In this document: one piece after another, positions 9,722 to 19,822 of the stretch
How positions within the stretch are numbered: the first letter of the stretch is position 1
How the letters are laid out: each line of letters opens with the position of its first letter
Source: Turneriella sp.
Lineage (GTDB): Bacteria > Spirochaetota > Leptospiria > Turneriellales > Turneriellaceae
Direction of reading: 5' to 3'
NCBI GenBank assembly: GCA_965279515.1
Contig: CBDIID010000003.1
Span: forward strand, 4,704,001-4,768,000
Length of the DNA: 64,000 nt
Program-made: the position numbers and the translations under genes
Notes under the pieces: model-generated
Told to the model about the DNA's origin: nothing
The model's database searches: none
The model's input: only the letters and a program-made list of their open reading frames with translations

Positions 9722-10591
9722 ATGAAAGATGTCGCCGTTGTCTATAAGCATTCCGCGCTCGAAAGTTACAGCGCGAAACATATCCGCCGCCACCGCGAGA
9801 TGAATCCCGAACTCGGCGATCGCATGCAGACCGCGCACGACGACCATTCGCGCGCGCTGGATGCGCTCCGCCGTGTGCTTGTTGATCTGAAGCTCGAGGC
9901 ATCATACTTTGAGCGCGACAGCCTCAGGCAGAACCTCGATGGCTTTCACCTGGTGGTTTCCCTGGGTGGCGATGGCACGTTTATCAATGCCTCGCATTTT
10001 ATCGAAAAAACCCTCTTGCTCGGTGTGAATTCCTCGCCGGAAAACAGTGTCGGGCATTACTGCCGTTTCCTGGTCAAAGGCAATAAAAAAGAAGCCCAGC
10101 TGAAGACCGCAATCCACGATTATTTTACCGGAAAAAAAATGCTGATTCCCGAAGCCCGGCTATTGCGTATGCAGGTCGTTGTGCAGAATCAGCCGGCGGC
10201 TTTTCCGGTTTTGAACGATGTCCTGTTCTGCGAAAAAGATCCGGCGGCGACCTCGCGCTACACGCTGCGCATCAAGGGCCGCAACCACCACCAGAAGAGC
10301 TCGGGCATCTGGCTGACGACGCCCACCGGCTCCAGTGCGGCCTACTCATCGGCCGGGGGCAAGGCGTTTAAACAAAAGGAGCTGCGTTTTATTGTGCGCG
10401 AGCTCTACAGCGACGATGCGCGGCCGGCGGCGCGTAAGGGCAGCGTAAAACCGGGTGAGTCGCTGAAAATCATCAGCAGCATGATGCATGGCGCGCTGTA
10501 TCTCGATGGCTCGCACCACAAGCTGCCGATGACCCTCGGCGAGCACGTTTCGATCGGTGTGCATCCCAAACCCTTGCGGGCCATTTATTAA
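9722..10591 (+). CDS. nadK: NAD(+) kinase
   Basis: GGDGT, LND, TPTGSSAAYSSAGG motifs. Confidence 0.88.
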   Translation: MKDVAVVYKHSALESYSAKHIRRHREMNPELGDRMQTAHDDHSRALDALRRVLVDLKLEASYFERDSLRQNLDGFHLVVSLGGDGTFINASHFIEKTLLLGVNSSPENSVGHYCRFLVKGNKKEAQLKTAIHDYFTGKKMLIPEARLLRMQVVVQNQPAAFPVLNDVLFCEKDPAATSRYTLRIKGRNHHQKSSGIWLTTPTGSSAAYSSAGGKAFKQKELRFIVRELYSDDARPAARKGSVKPGESLKIISSMMHGALYLDGSHHKLPMTLGEHVSIGVHPKPLRAIY

Positions 10592-10595
10592 AGTT

Positions 10596-11201
10596 ATGGT
10601 TAAGCGCGCGGTTCTGTTAACTTTTTTCCTGTGCCCGGGCCTGTTCGCCGATCAGGTGAAATACCGCAACGGCGATATCATCTTCCAGGAGACCCGCTCG
10701 GGACAGGCGGAAGCCATTAAGCGGGCGACGGGGTCGCCGTATTCCCATGTTGGTATTATCTATTTTCAAAAAAAGCAGGCCTATGTGTTTGAAGCCGTAC
10801 AGCCGGTGAAACTGACGCCGCATCCGGAGTTTATCCGGCATGGCGTGCAGAAAAAATATGTTGTGAAGCGGTTGAAAAATGCCGCATCGCTTCTCCATCC
10901 GGCTGCGGAGCAGAAAATGTACGAGAGCGGTAAAAAACACCTGGGGAAAAACTATGACTGGGTGTTTGGCTGGTCCGATGAAAAAATATACTGCTCAGAG
11001 CTGGTCTGGAAAATCTACCAGGAAGGTTTGGGTGTAGAGCTTTCCCGGCCCAAAAAGCTCAAAGACTTCAACCTGTCCGATAAGATAGTCCAGAAGAAGC
11101 TGAGTGAGCGTTACGGTAAAAAAATTCCCTATGAAGAACCCGTCGTCTCACCTGGGCAGCTTTTTGATTCACCGCTGCTCGAAACTGTCTACGAACGATA
11201 A
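10596..11201 (+). CDS. YiiX/YebB-like permuted papain-like (NlpC/P60) enzyme, exported
   Basis: GDIIFQ, SPYSHVGI, YD..F.W.DE.IYCSELVWK; signal peptide from ATG 10596. Confidence 0.88.
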   Translation: MVKRAVLLTFFLCPGLFADQVKYRNGDIIFQETRSGQAEAIKRATGSPYSHVGIIYFQKKQAYVFEAVQPVKLTPHPEFIRHGVQKKYVVKRLKNAASLLHPAAEQKMYESGKKHLGKNYDWVFGWSDEKIYCSELVWKIYQEGLGVELSRPKKLKDFNLSDKIVQKKLSERYGKKIPYEEPVVSPGQLFDSPLLETVYER

Positions 11202-11255
11202 GTCAGCGGTCCTATGGCATCCATGTCGCGCACAGCTTGCGCACATCCTGTGCGA

Positions 11256-12332
11256 CTAATCCTCAGGCCCTTTTTCGACCGGGTATGAACCGAGAATACG
11301 AAAGCCGGCTGTTAGCTCGCGTATTTTATCGAAAGCCGCCTTGACACTGGGGTCATCCGCGTGGCCTTCGAGATCGATAAAGAAAATGTAACTCCACACC
11401 TGTGTGCGGTCGGGGCGCGATTCGATGCCGCGCATGTTGATCTTCTCGTCATAGAGCGGCGCCAGTGCGCGGTAAAGCGAACCCGTGCTGTCGGGCAGGT
11501 TAAATGAAATCATCGTGCGGTTGCGCGCCGCGCGCCGGGCGATGTCGTGCCCGATCACGATAAAGCGTGTGAAATTGCGTTTATAGTCCGTAATATCGTC
11601 GACCAGGGATGGCAGGCCGTAGATTTCACCGGCGACCTGCGACGCTACCGCAGCGAGACGGGGGCTCCGCTCCTGCGCAACGAGGCGCACGGCCTCTGAG
11701 GTCGAGGGCGTTTCAATCCACTCAATGCCCGGCATGTTTTTCATGACAAAGCCCTGCACCTGCGCATAGGCCTGCGGGTGGGTATAGATCTTCTCGATCT
11801 CTTTGAGATCCTTGGCCACCGAGAGCAGGCTTTGCCGTATCTGCAGAACAATGTCTGAATAGATATTCAGGTCGTATTTAACGAGCGCATCGAGCGTCGC
11901 CTTGACCATGCCTTCAGTGGAGTTCTCGATCGGCACCACGCCGTATTTGATCTCGCGGCTCTGCACCGCGGCGAAGACGTCGTCAATCGTGCGGAAGGGA
12001 GCAAGGCTCAGGCTGCGGCCGAATTTATTGAGTGCGGCCTGGTGCGTGAATGAACCCTCGGCGCCGAAATAACCGACCTGGATCGAACCTTCGAGCTTCA
12101 GCGTTGCGCTCATGATTTCGCGGTAGATATTTTTCAGGGCGTCGTCGCCCAGGATTCCCGGGTTGAGCCGCGCAATTTTCGCGTAAACCTCCTGTTCGCG
12201 GTCGGGCTGGTAAAGGGGGATGTTATCCTTCGCCTTGGCGGTGGCGATCTCGCGCGCGCATTCGGCGCGTTGCCCGATAAGACGCACGATTTCCGCGTCG
12301 ATTCTGTCGATTTGGTCACGCCACTGTTTCAT
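11256..12332 (-). CDS. pheA: Chorismate mutase/prephenate dehydratase
   Basis: RDQIDRID, GSFTHQAA, VPIENSTEG, NFTRF, IESRP, FFIDLEGH, LGSYP. Start ATG 12332 overlaps the scpB stop. Confidence 0.95.
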   Translation of the reverse strand: MKQWRDQIDRIDAEIVRLIGQRAECAREIATAKAKDNIPLYQPDREQEVYAKIARLNPGILGDDALKNIYREIMSATLKLEGSIQVGYFGAEGSFTHQAALNKFGRSLSLAPFRTIDDVFAAVQSREIKYGVVPIENSTEGMVKATLDALVKYDLNIYSDIVLQIRQSLLSVAKDLKEIEKIYTHPQAYAQVQGFVMKNMPGIEWIETPSTSEAVRLVAQERSPRLAAVASQVAGEIYGLPSLVDDITDYKRNFTRFIVIGHDIARRAARNRTMISFNLPDSTGSLYRALAPLYDEKINMRGIESRPDRTQVWSYIFFIDLEGHADDPSVKAAFDKIRELTAGFRILGSYPVEKGPED

Positions 12333-12868
12333 AATTCGTCGAAATTTAGCTCCTTCACATCTTGTGGTGGCGGCAGCTCGTCGAGGCTGTTGAGGCCGAA
12401 ATAGCGTAAAAAGTCCTTTGTCGTACCATAGAGCGTCGGTTTGCCGACGGTTTCTTTTTGCCCGACCGACTTGACGAGTTTTTTTTGCTGCAGGGTCAGA
12501 ATCTGCGCGCGCGAAGATACGCTGCGTATTTCCTCGATCTCGGGTAAGGTGATCGGTTGTTTGTAAGTGATGATCGCGAGGGTTTCGAGCGTCGATTTGC
12601 TGAGTGTTTCCTTTTTCTTCTGGCGCAGAAAATTCTGAATTGCCGGGTAGATATTGGGCTGCGTGGTGAAAGTATAACGTCCCGAAATCTCCTGGATCGC
12701 AATACCGGCCTCGCGCTCGGCGTATTCGTCGATTAAGGAATCGAGCGCGATTTTGACCTGGTCGGGGTTCTCCGAAAGGCCCGAGGCGATTTCGGAGAGC
12801 GTCAATCCCTGGCCGGAGATAAAGATTAGCCCTTCGACCGCTGCCTTGAGGTAGGCGGTATCGCTCAT
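12329..12868 (-). CDS. scpB: SMC-Scp complex subunit ScpB
   Basis: LSKSTLETLAIITYKQPIT..EIEEIR, YGTT..FL..FGL.SL.ELP. Confidence 0.95.
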   Translation of the reverse strand: MSDTAYLKAAVEGLIFISGQGLTLSEIASGLSENPDQVKIALDSLIDEYAEREAGIAIQEISGRYTFTTQPNIYPAIQNFLRQKKKETLSKSTLETLAIITYKQPITLPEIEEIRSVSSRAQILTLQQKKLVKSVGQKETVGKPTLYGTTKDFLRYFGLNSLDELPPPQDVKELNFDEL

Positions 12869-13680
12869 GGGGAAACCTCTTTTTCTTCAAAGCCCAGGTG
12901 CATTTGCGCGCCGTCATCGGCGGCTGAGAAATGGATATCGGCCTGCCATTCATCTTGTCTGAGTTTAATCAGTCTTTGTTTCGCCATCTCGAGCAGCGCG
13001 AGAAAGCAGGCAATGATGCGGGGTATGCTGAACCCCGTCACCGAGCGGAAAAACGATGCTTCACCGTCGCCCAGGAGTTTTGTCTGTAAATATTCGATCA
13101 TTTCTTCTACGGAAATATTTTCGTCGGCGATCTGCATCGGGCGCGATTTTTCTTCGCGTTCGAGGAAATCACGGAAGGTTTTCAGAAAAGAGATCAGGTC
13201 GACTTCAAGATAGTCCAGCTCTTTTTCAAACGTGCCCCATGTCGGTTCGCGCATGATACGCAGCTGGCTGCGCTCTTCGAGCAGGCGCATTTCCGCGGCA
13301 GCCTGCTGCATCTTTTTATACTCGAGCAGCTGTTCGACAAGCTCGTAGGGCAGGGTATCGGGCGGCGTGTCTTCGCCGATCGCCGCATTGGGCAAAAGCT
13401 GGCGTGATTTATAGAAAATCAGCCGCGCGGCAGTATGGGTGAACTCCGCCTGTTCTTCGAGCGAGATCTGTGCAGTTTCCATGAAGCGCAAAAAGTCATG
13501 AGTGATGCGTGAAAGCGAGACCGAGAAGATATCGACTTCATAGCTTTCAATGAGTGTCCAGAGAATGCCGAGGGGGCCTGTTTGCTCAGAACCCGCACGC
13601 GTGTGGAAAGCGACCTGGAAACGCGCGCGCGTCTCGTCGAGATCGGGAATCTGGGGGGCGATGGCGTTGCCTGTTTCCAT
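12865..13680 (-). CDS. scpA: Segregation/condensation protein ScpA
   Basis: GPL..L..LI, DIF, KSR.LLP, LVEQLLEYK, FLALLEM; directly upstream of scpB. Confidence 0.9.
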   Translation of the reverse strand: METGNAIAPQIPDLDETRARFQVAFHTRAGSEQTGPLGILWTLIESYEVDIFSVSLSRITHDFLRFMETAQISLEEQAEFTHTAARLIFYKSRQLLPNAAIGEDTPPDTLPYELVEQLLEYKKMQQAAAEMRLLEERSQLRIMREPTWGTFEKELDYLEVDLISFLKTFRDFLEREEKSRPMQIADENISVEEMIEYLQTKLLGDGEASFFRSVTGFSIPRIIACFLALLEMAKQRLIKLRQDEWQADIHFSAADDGAQMHLGFEEKEVSP

Positions 13681-14702
13681 CAGAGTTTGTAGGGGGCCGT
13701 CATTCCCATGGCCTCTTTGACGCGGTGCAGGGTTTCGCGGGCCACCTTACCCGCCTTTTCTGCGCCGGCTTTCAGTATTTCATTCACGGCCCCGTCATGG
13801 GCTTTGAGCTCTGCGCGCTTTTCACGGAAGGGCGCGAGTTTTGCATCGACCCGCGCCAGAAGCTGCTTCTTGCAGTCGACGCAGCCCAGCGCTGCGCTGC
13901 GGCAATTCGTATTGACTTCGTCCTTGAGATCGGGGGCAAAGAAGTCATAATAACTGAAAACCGGGCAATTGTCGGGATTTCCCGGGTCGGTGCGGCGCAC
14001 CCGCGCCGTATCGGTCTTCATCGCCATCAGCTTTTTCGCGAGAGACTCTTTTTCTTCGGCAAGTAGCAGCGAGTTGTTGTAGCTCTTGCTCATCTTGCGA
14101 CCGTCAAGACCCAGAACTTTGGGGAACGAAGACAAGATTGCCTGGGGGACTATCAGCACATCCTTTTCATTTTTACGGTAATAATGGTTAAAGCGCCGCG
14201 TGATTTCGCGCGTGAGTTCGAGGTGGGGAAGCTGGTCTTCGCCGATCGGCACATGCGTCGCGTCATAGAGCACGATATCGGCAGCCTGAAGAACCGGGTA
14301 CCCCAGAAAACCGAAGGAATCGAGATCCTTTTCGGTATTAGCCTGCTTATCTTTATACGTCGGGTTACGCTCAAGCCAGGAGAGCGGCGTGAACATCGCC
14401 AAAAGCTGCGCGAGTTCGGCGTGCTCGGGAACATCGGACTGCACGAAGATCGTGGCTTTTTCCGGGGAAAGGCCCGCCGCCAGCCAGTCAGAGATCATCG
14501 GCGCGATAAAGCGGTGCGCGTCGCCGTAGTTGGGGTAAAATGTCGTCAGCGAGTGCAGATTCGCGACCATGAAGTAACAATCCGCCTCGTTTTGCAGCCG
14601 CGCAAAATTCGTCAGCACACCGAGGTAGTGGCCGATGTGCAGCTCGCCCGTCGCCTGCATGCCGCTCAAAATACGGCCCGGTTTTTTCGCAGCATCACTC
14701 AT
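13680..14702 (-). CDS. trpS: Tryptophan--tRNA ligase
   Basis: SGMQATG.LHIGH, YPVLQAADI, PIGEDQ, KMSKS. Start 14702 from ATGA overlap. Confidence 0.96.
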   Translation of the reverse strand: MSDAAKKPGRILSGMQATGELHIGHYLGVLTNFARLQNEADCYFMVANLHSLTTFYPNYGDAHRFIAPMISDWLAAGLSPEKATIFVQSDVPEHAELAQLLAMFTPLSWLERNPTYKDKQANTEKDLDSFGFLGYPVLQAADIVLYDATHVPIGEDQLPHLELTREITRRFNHYYRKNEKDVLIVPQAILSSFPKVLGLDGRKMSKSYNNSLLLAEEKESLAKKLMAMKTDTARVRRTDPGNPDNCPVFSYYDFFAPDLKDEVNTNCRSAALGCVDCKKQLLARVDAKLAPFREKRAELKAHDGAVNEILKAGAEKAGKVARETLHRVKEAMGMTAPYKL

Positions 14703-15250
14703 ACGAGATGCAACCACTGCAGCAAAAATTTTCCGGTGACAAAATCACCGCGCCAGAAATTATAACTTAAGAACACTGTGGCGGTGACTGTGAGGAGTAT
14801 CACCAGCACCGAGAACATCTTCCACTGCATATACGGCCCGAAATATGTCGCGGCGGCGTCAAAGGGCGGCAGCGGTATAAAATTCAACACCAGCAGGCCC
14901 CATGTCTGTGTGATGAAGACCGCGGAGAAACGCGCAGAAAAAGTATCAGGTGCGGGGCCCTTCAACAGCACGTAGAGCACTGCTACTGCGATGAGTATAA
15001 CAAGCCACAGCTGGCCATGCAGAAAACGCAGAAGCGGCAGAGGCTTGTCGCGCAGCAGCCCGCCGGGCGCTGCACCGTTGAGCGCCAGACAGGCAAAGCT
15101 CACCAGCGGAAACTCGGCGAGAATCAGCGCTTCTTTATCGCCCGTCATCTTCGCAGCATACCATTCACGGCTGAGCAGGATAATCAGGGCGCACGGTATC
15201 GAGAGTACAAGCGTGCCCGCCTGATCGACTGCCGACGTGAGAAATCCCAC
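14699..15250 (-). CDS. Site-2 protease (M50)-like membrane protein, HExxH absent
   Basis: Multi-TM; LNFIPLPPFD matches the M50 NxxPxxxxDG motif; sits upstream of trpS-scpA-scpB. Confidence 0.6.
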   Translation of the reverse strand: MGFLTSAVDQAGTLVLSIPCALIILLSREWYAAKMTGDKEALILAEFPLVSFACLALNGAAPGGLLRDKPLPLLRFLHGQLWLVILIAVAVLYVLLKGPAPDTFSARFSAVFITQTWGLLVLNFIPLPPFDAAATYFGPYMQWKMFSVLVILLTVTATVFLSYNFWRGDFVTGKFLLQWLHLV

Positions 15251-15453
15251 TAGCCGCCACCCACGTAATGTATGATTTCGACAATGTCAGATTGCGAAAG
15301 CCGGGTGTTATCGTAAACCCCGCGCGGAATCAGGTCGCCGTTGAGTTCGACGGCGACGCGCTGCGGTGAGAGTTTAAAATAACCAATGAGATTCACAAGG
15401 GTCGAAGGATTACCCAGTGATTCGAGATCGAATTTTTCGCCGTTGACTGTCAT
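15250..15453 (-). CDS. thiS: Sulfur carrier protein ThiS
   Basis: 67 aa; VNG, VAVELNG, D.VEII.YVGGG with C-terminal GG. Confidence 0.9.
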   Translation of the reverse strand: MTVNGEKFDLESLGNPSTLVNLIGYFKLSPQRVAVELNGDLIPRGVYDNTRLSQSDIVEIIHYVGGG

Positions 15454-16169
15454 TCGGGGAGCCTCAAAAGGCCTAAGGCAATTATTGCGGCCGAGTCGCT
15501 GCGCAAAACATTTTCAGAAAGCAGAACACCCGTCGCCCGTTCGCGTAGCAGGGCCGTTTCAGCCGCACTGAAGCCGCCTTCAGGGCCGTTGATAAATGTG
15601 GCCTCCGCATGCCTTTTCAGGCCGAACCTGGCCTCAAGATCGCCGAAGAACGTCGTTGCTTTATCCATGGGAATTTCCGCGAGATTTTCTGCGAATGCCA
15701 GCAGCGGTTTCTGGGGGTTATATGCCTGCATACAGGCATTTTCCAGGATCGCGTCGAGCCGCTGCGGCTTCTCGCTGTGGGGCTGCGAGTATTCGGTGTC
15801 GACGAGGGTGATTTCATCTGCCCCAATCTCCGCTGCCTTTTGCAAAATCGTCGCCAGGGCTTTGGGTTTGACCCATGCCTGTACAAGTTTCACGCGCCCG
15901 CCCGCTGTATTTCTTTCAAGGCGGATGTCCCCGGTTTCGGCGATAATATTCCCTTCGCTGATATTTGCCCTCAGCAGTTTCCCTGCGCCGTCACCGACCA
16001 GGGCAGGCCAAAGTTCTTTGCGGCGCAGCACTTTAGCGAAGTGTTCGCTGTGCCGTTCGGGCAGGGGCAGGGATTGTTTTTGTGTTAAGGTTGAATACTC
16101 AGCCGCGGAAAGGAGTATCAGGCTGTGGTCTTTTTGCAGGGAGCGCAGCGATAGATTTTCCGCGCCCAC
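15450..16169 (-). CDS. rsmE: 16S rRNA m3U1498 methyltransferase RsmE
   Basis: H..KVLR, QKAAEIG, ACMQ, GPEGGFS, LRSDSA. Confidence 0.88.
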   Translation of the reverse strand: MGAENLSLRSLQKDHSLILLSAAEYSTLTQKQSLPLPERHSEHFAKVLRRKELWPALVGDGAGKLLRANISEGNIIAETGDIRLERNTAGGRVKLVQAWVKPKALATILQKAAEIGADEITLVDTEYSQPHSEKPQRLDAILENACMQAYNPQKPLLAFAENLAEIPMDKATTFFGDLEARFGLKRHAEATFINGPEGGFSAAETALLRERATGVLLSENVLRSDSAAIIALGLLRLPE

Positions 16170-16176
16170 CGTTTAA

Positions 16177-16962
16177 CTATTTCTCGATATTTTCTTTCTT
16201 AAAGAGCGACTGGTCGAGGCGCGCAGTTTTATCGACCGAGAAAAATTCCAGGGTACTCACTGTACCGCGGCTGACATCGGCCATATCCCAGCGGACGGGA
16301 AATTCTACCTGCTTCGTGACATTCTTTTCTTCTTTAACGCTTAAAGGCCCGTAGGTGAAAGTCAGCGTCTTCATCAGCACCATCGCCGAGTCATAGTAGT
16401 CGATGCGTTTCAGCCGGTTATCTTTTTTCGGGTCCACTAAAACAACCAGTTTACCGTAATGCCCTTTGTCGAGCGGCAGATTCTCAATGACGGTAAATTC
16501 ACCCTCGTCGTTTTTCTCAGAGCCCTTGATCTTTTGCTGGTAGTTATCCACGAATGAGCCGTTGCCGATGTCGAGATAGGCAAAACCCGAGCCGAGCACG
16601 TTTTCGAAACGGTCGAGGTATTTTTTGTGGAACAGGCGTTTGTCATGGGTCATGTACGCATAGATGTTCTGGCCCTGGTCGTTGTAGAGCAGCTTCAGCA
16701 CGGTGCCGCGCGTCATCGAGTCGAAAATGAAAAAGCTCGCATTCTGTTTCTGGTAAAGCGAGGCCTTGTAGACGACAGATTTTCCGTCCCGCGCGGTAAT
16801 CGTCAGCTGCAGTTTCTGGTGCCCTTCGGCAAACTGCAGCTGCTGGAAAACCCGGTCCATGATTTCGAATGCTGTGCCGCCGATACCGGTCTTGCCCTGC
16901 GCCCAAAGCGCCGCTCCGGTAAGTACCAGGGCCGCCAGGATACCGAGTCTGATTTTCCGCAT
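16177..16962 (-). CDS. Outer-membrane lipoprotein-sorting (LolA-like) protein
   Basis: Signal peptide; GSGFAYLD and RIDYYD..LMKT motifs. Confidence 0.7.
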   Translation of the reverse strand: MRKIRLGILAALVLTGAALWAQGKTGIGGTAFEIMDRVFQQLQFAEGHQKLQLTITARDGKSVVYKASLYQKQNASFFIFDSMTRGTVLKLLYNDQGQNIYAYMTHDKRLFHKKYLDRFENVLGSGFAYLDIGNGSFVDNYQQKIKGSEKNDEGEFTVIENLPLDKGHYGKLVVLVDPKKDNRLKRIDYYDSAMVLMKTLTFTYGPLSVKEEKNVTKQVEFPVRWDMADVSRGTVSTLEFFSVDKTARLDQSLFKKENIEK

Positions 16963-16970
16963 GGCTGAAA

Positions 16971-19739
16971 TCAGAGCAGGCGACCCGAAGCGTCAATGGC
17001 TTTTTCAATGCCAATCACTTCAAGCTTCTGCGCGTTGAAGGCAGAGCTCCCGCCTTTTTTTGCGCCCACGAGCACCTTGCCGAGCGGTGACTTATAAGAG
17101 ATAATACCCTTGTCGACGTCGGCATCCCACTGGTCGAGAATCGAATAAACGAAAATATCGCCGGTGGCGGAGTCACGCAGCTTTACGCGCGTACCAATCG
17201 AAACGGTGTTTGTATCGACGTCGTCGGGGTTGATCTGCTGCACCGATTTGATGTCTGCTTCGAGCTGCGTGACCGAAGCCTGGAGAATCGTCTGGTTTTC
17301 CAGCGCTGCCTTGTATTCTGAGTTTTCCCTGAGGTCGCCTTTTTCCTGGGCAACACCGATCTCTTCGGAGTTTTTCGGAATCTCGATGTTGACCAGCAGT
17401 TCGAGCTTGGCTTTCATTGCCTCGATGGCAGACAAACTTGCCACTGTGCCACCGCTCTTCTCGAGGCGCGATGCGAGCGACTCGCTTTCGCCGGACATAT
17501 CCTGATCGTCGGCCTGGTCTTCAAAAGCTACCGGGTTGATTTCGCGCAGTTGCGATACAATCTGTATTTTCTCTGCGTCGTTAAAGAACGGCACGTCCTT
17601 GAGGAGAGCAGAGAAGCGGCGAACGGAATCCCGCGCTTCTTTCGAGATGAGCTCGATGAGTTCTGCCTTGCCTGCGCCGAAAAAGATATCGCGCACGTTG
17701 TTCCTGAGCTTCGAACCTTTGGGTTCGATCTTCGGAATCGATTTCATCATGCGGAAAAGACCGAGCAGGACTTCCTGCGTCTGACCGGCCGGCAGCTCGA
17801 AAACTCCGCCTAAAATCGATTTCACGGTCCAGAGAAATACTTCTGCATTATTTTTGACGTCTTTCTTGAGCCGGTTCACGAATTCAGTCACTTCTTCGGT
17901 GGCATTGGCGCTCAAAAGATCGGAAAGAATCGTCTTATGCAGTTTTACCGGAGTTTCGAACAGCATCTCCAGGTAAATCTTGCGCCATTCGTTGTGGTGG
18001 CGTTTGGCGAACTTAAGCGCATGGCGCTTGAGTTCAGATTGTTTGATTTCTTCGAACAGGTCGTAGAGGTCGCGCGGGTTGCGGCCCTGGAAAGAATGGA
18101 TGATCTCTGCCTGCTGCTCCTTCGAGAACAGCGGCTCGTCGTCGGCCAGCGCTTCGGTCGCCATTTCGAGCAGCCAGAGGCTTTTCAGCCGCGTGTCTCC
18201 GTCGAGGCTTTTTAAGGTCTCGCGGAAATGCGGGGCGATGAATTCGATCGCTTCGAGGTTTTCTTCGGGTTGCTTCAAAACATCGATGAAGGCCTGGACG
18301 CGGTCTTCAAAACCCTGCGCCGCCTGGAATTTTTCAATCGCGGATTCGGACATGGTGATCGGTGTCTCATGCAGCTCGATCATGTCTTTTTTCTGCGCCG
18401 AAATACCGATCAGTGCGTCTTTCATGAGTTCGGGCCGTACCTTGCCCCACCACTTAGACCACTGTGAGAGCGGAACGTACTTGTCGGTGAGCTCGGTTTT
18501 GATATCGGCGAGCGATAATTTGCCGCCGAAAGATTGCAGCAGAATCTTAAAGAACTGCGTCGTCTCTTCCTTAAAGAGCTTCATCACTTCTTCAGGTTTT
18601 TCAAACTGCATGACCCAGAAGTGCTCTTCGCGCAGCGGTTTCAGTGACTTCAGTGCCATCTGGATATCCATCTTATGCGCCTTTTTGTCTTTAAAGTCGA
18701 TCACCATTTCAGCGGTGTTGAGTTCGACGATCTTGCCCACGCCCCAGCTGCGGTGGAAGACGTAGTTGCCTTTATCGAAAACAATGTTGGTTTCAAAATT
18801 CAGGATCGAAGAGCTTAAACTCTTGCGCGAATCGAGCAGGCCCGAATATTTGATAAAGTCTTCGAGCAGTGAGTGTGATTTATACTTCTCGCGGTAGGTG
18901 CGGATGAGTTCATTCTTGAACCGCACATAGCTCGGGTTATGCTCGAGAATTTTCTTGCTGAGCACCATGACCTTGTCATGGTCTTCTTTTTTGATAAAAT
19001 AATTGGCGAGCAGAACATAGAGTTCGGCAATCATCTCTCTCTGGCGGTGGCCTGAGAGAATACGTTCGATTTTTTTGTAAAAGTTAAAATCGTCGGGTAA
19101 CAGCTCGATCAGGCGGTTCCACGTGGTTTTGAGTTTTTCAAACTGCAGGTTACGGGCAAAGGCTTCGGCAGCCTGCTTGTAGAATTGCAGACCTTTTTCG
19201 AGATCGTCGTTGATAATGGCATCGGCGTATTTTAGGGCGATGTCGGGGTTCTTACGGTCGAGAACGGCGAGCTGCTCGAGAACGGGAATCGCTTCTTTAT
19301 GTTTGCCCAGTTTTTCAAGGGCATTGGCGCGTGCCCGCAGAATCGTGCGCGTCTTGGTGACGGCGAGCATCTTTTCGGAGAGGTAGTCGACGACTGCCCA
19401 CTTCGACGCTTCCTGGAACTGGTCGAGCAGGGTTTTGAGGTGAATGATTTCATCGGGGATGTTTTTCTCAAGCGCCATCATGCCGAGAAAGTAGTGCGCC
19501 GCGATGGACTGGTCGTATTCGCCGAGGTGAGTCTGCGACTCGCTGCGCAGCAGGTCTTGTTTACTTTGTTTTTTTACTTCGTCGAAAATCTGTTCGAGAA
19601 TTTTGAAGCGTGAGATACTGACGTCTTTGGCGGAAAGACGTGTCCATTTTTCTTCGTTGAACTGGCTCTGGATACGCGCTTCGAGGGTTTCGGTTTCTCC
19701 GGCGGTTTTGACTTCCGCAACTGTTTCGGTTTCGCTCAT
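16971..19739 (-). CDS. greA: Long-form (~922 aa) transcription elongation factor GreA with large N-terminal extension
   Basis: C-terminal GDLRENSEYKAA and ISYKSPLGKVL; central H.SWGVG motif; AGGAG RBS before ATG 19739. Confidence 0.9.
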   Translation of the reverse strand: MSETETVAEVKTAGETETLEARIQSQFNEEKWTRLSAKDVSISRFKILEQIFDEVKKQSKQDLLRSESQTHLGEYDQSIAAHYFLGMMALEKNIPDEIIHLKTLLDQFQEASKWAVVDYLSEKMLAVTKTRTILRARANALEKLGKHKEAIPVLEQLAVLDRKNPDIALKYADAIINDDLEKGLQFYKQAAEAFARNLQFEKLKTTWNRLIELLPDDFNFYKKIERILSGHRQREMIAELYVLLANYFIKKEDHDKVMVLSKKILEHNPSYVRFKNELIRTYREKYKSHSLLEDFIKYSGLLDSRKSLSSSILNFETNIVFDKGNYVFHRSWGVGKIVELNTAEMVIDFKDKKAHKMDIQMALKSLKPLREEHFWVMQFEKPEEVMKLFKEETTQFFKILLQSFGGKLSLADIKTELTDKYVPLSQWSKWWGKVRPELMKDALIGISAQKKDMIELHETPITMSESAIEKFQAAQGFEDRVQAFIDVLKQPEENLEAIEFIAPHFRETLKSLDGDTRLKSLWLLEMATEALADDEPLFSKEQQAEIIHSFQGRNPRDLYDLFEEIKQSELKRHALKFAKRHHNEWRKIYLEMLFETPVKLHKTILSDLLSANATEEVTEFVNRLKKDVKNNAEVFLWTVKSILGGVFELPAGQTQEVLLGLFRMMKSIPKIEPKGSKLRNNVRDIFFGAGKAELIELISKEARDSVRRFSALLKDVPFFNDAEKIQIVSQLREINPVAFEDQADDQDMSGESESLASRLEKSGGTVASLSAIEAMKAKLELLVNIEIPKNSEEIGVAQEKGDLRENSEYKAALENQTILQASVTQLEADIKSVQQINPDDVDTNTVSIGTRVKLRDSATGDIFVYSILDQWDADVDKGIISYKSPLGKVLVGAKKGGSSAFNAQKLEVIGIEKAIDASGRLL

Positions 19740-19787
19740 GATAACTCCTAAAGCCAATTCTGAACGAATGTTCGCTTCAGAAGGCAT

Positions 19788-19815
19788 AAAAAAAGCAGTA
19801 GCAAAAGCCACTGCT
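19788..19815 (-). terminator. Intrinsic terminator in the greA leader
   Basis: Minus strand AGCAGTGGC-TTTT-GCTACTGCT followed by a T run. Confidence 0.75.
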
Positions 19816-19822
19816 CTGTTGC

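Noticed and set aside
12333..12953. 565-aa ORF suggesting an N-terminally extended PheA
   Set aside because: The extension overlaps scpB in another frame; the real start is the ATGA-coupled ATG at 12332.
19740..19811. N-terminal extension of GreA in the ORF track
   Set aside because: It runs through the leader terminator; the AGGAG RBS supports ATG 19739.
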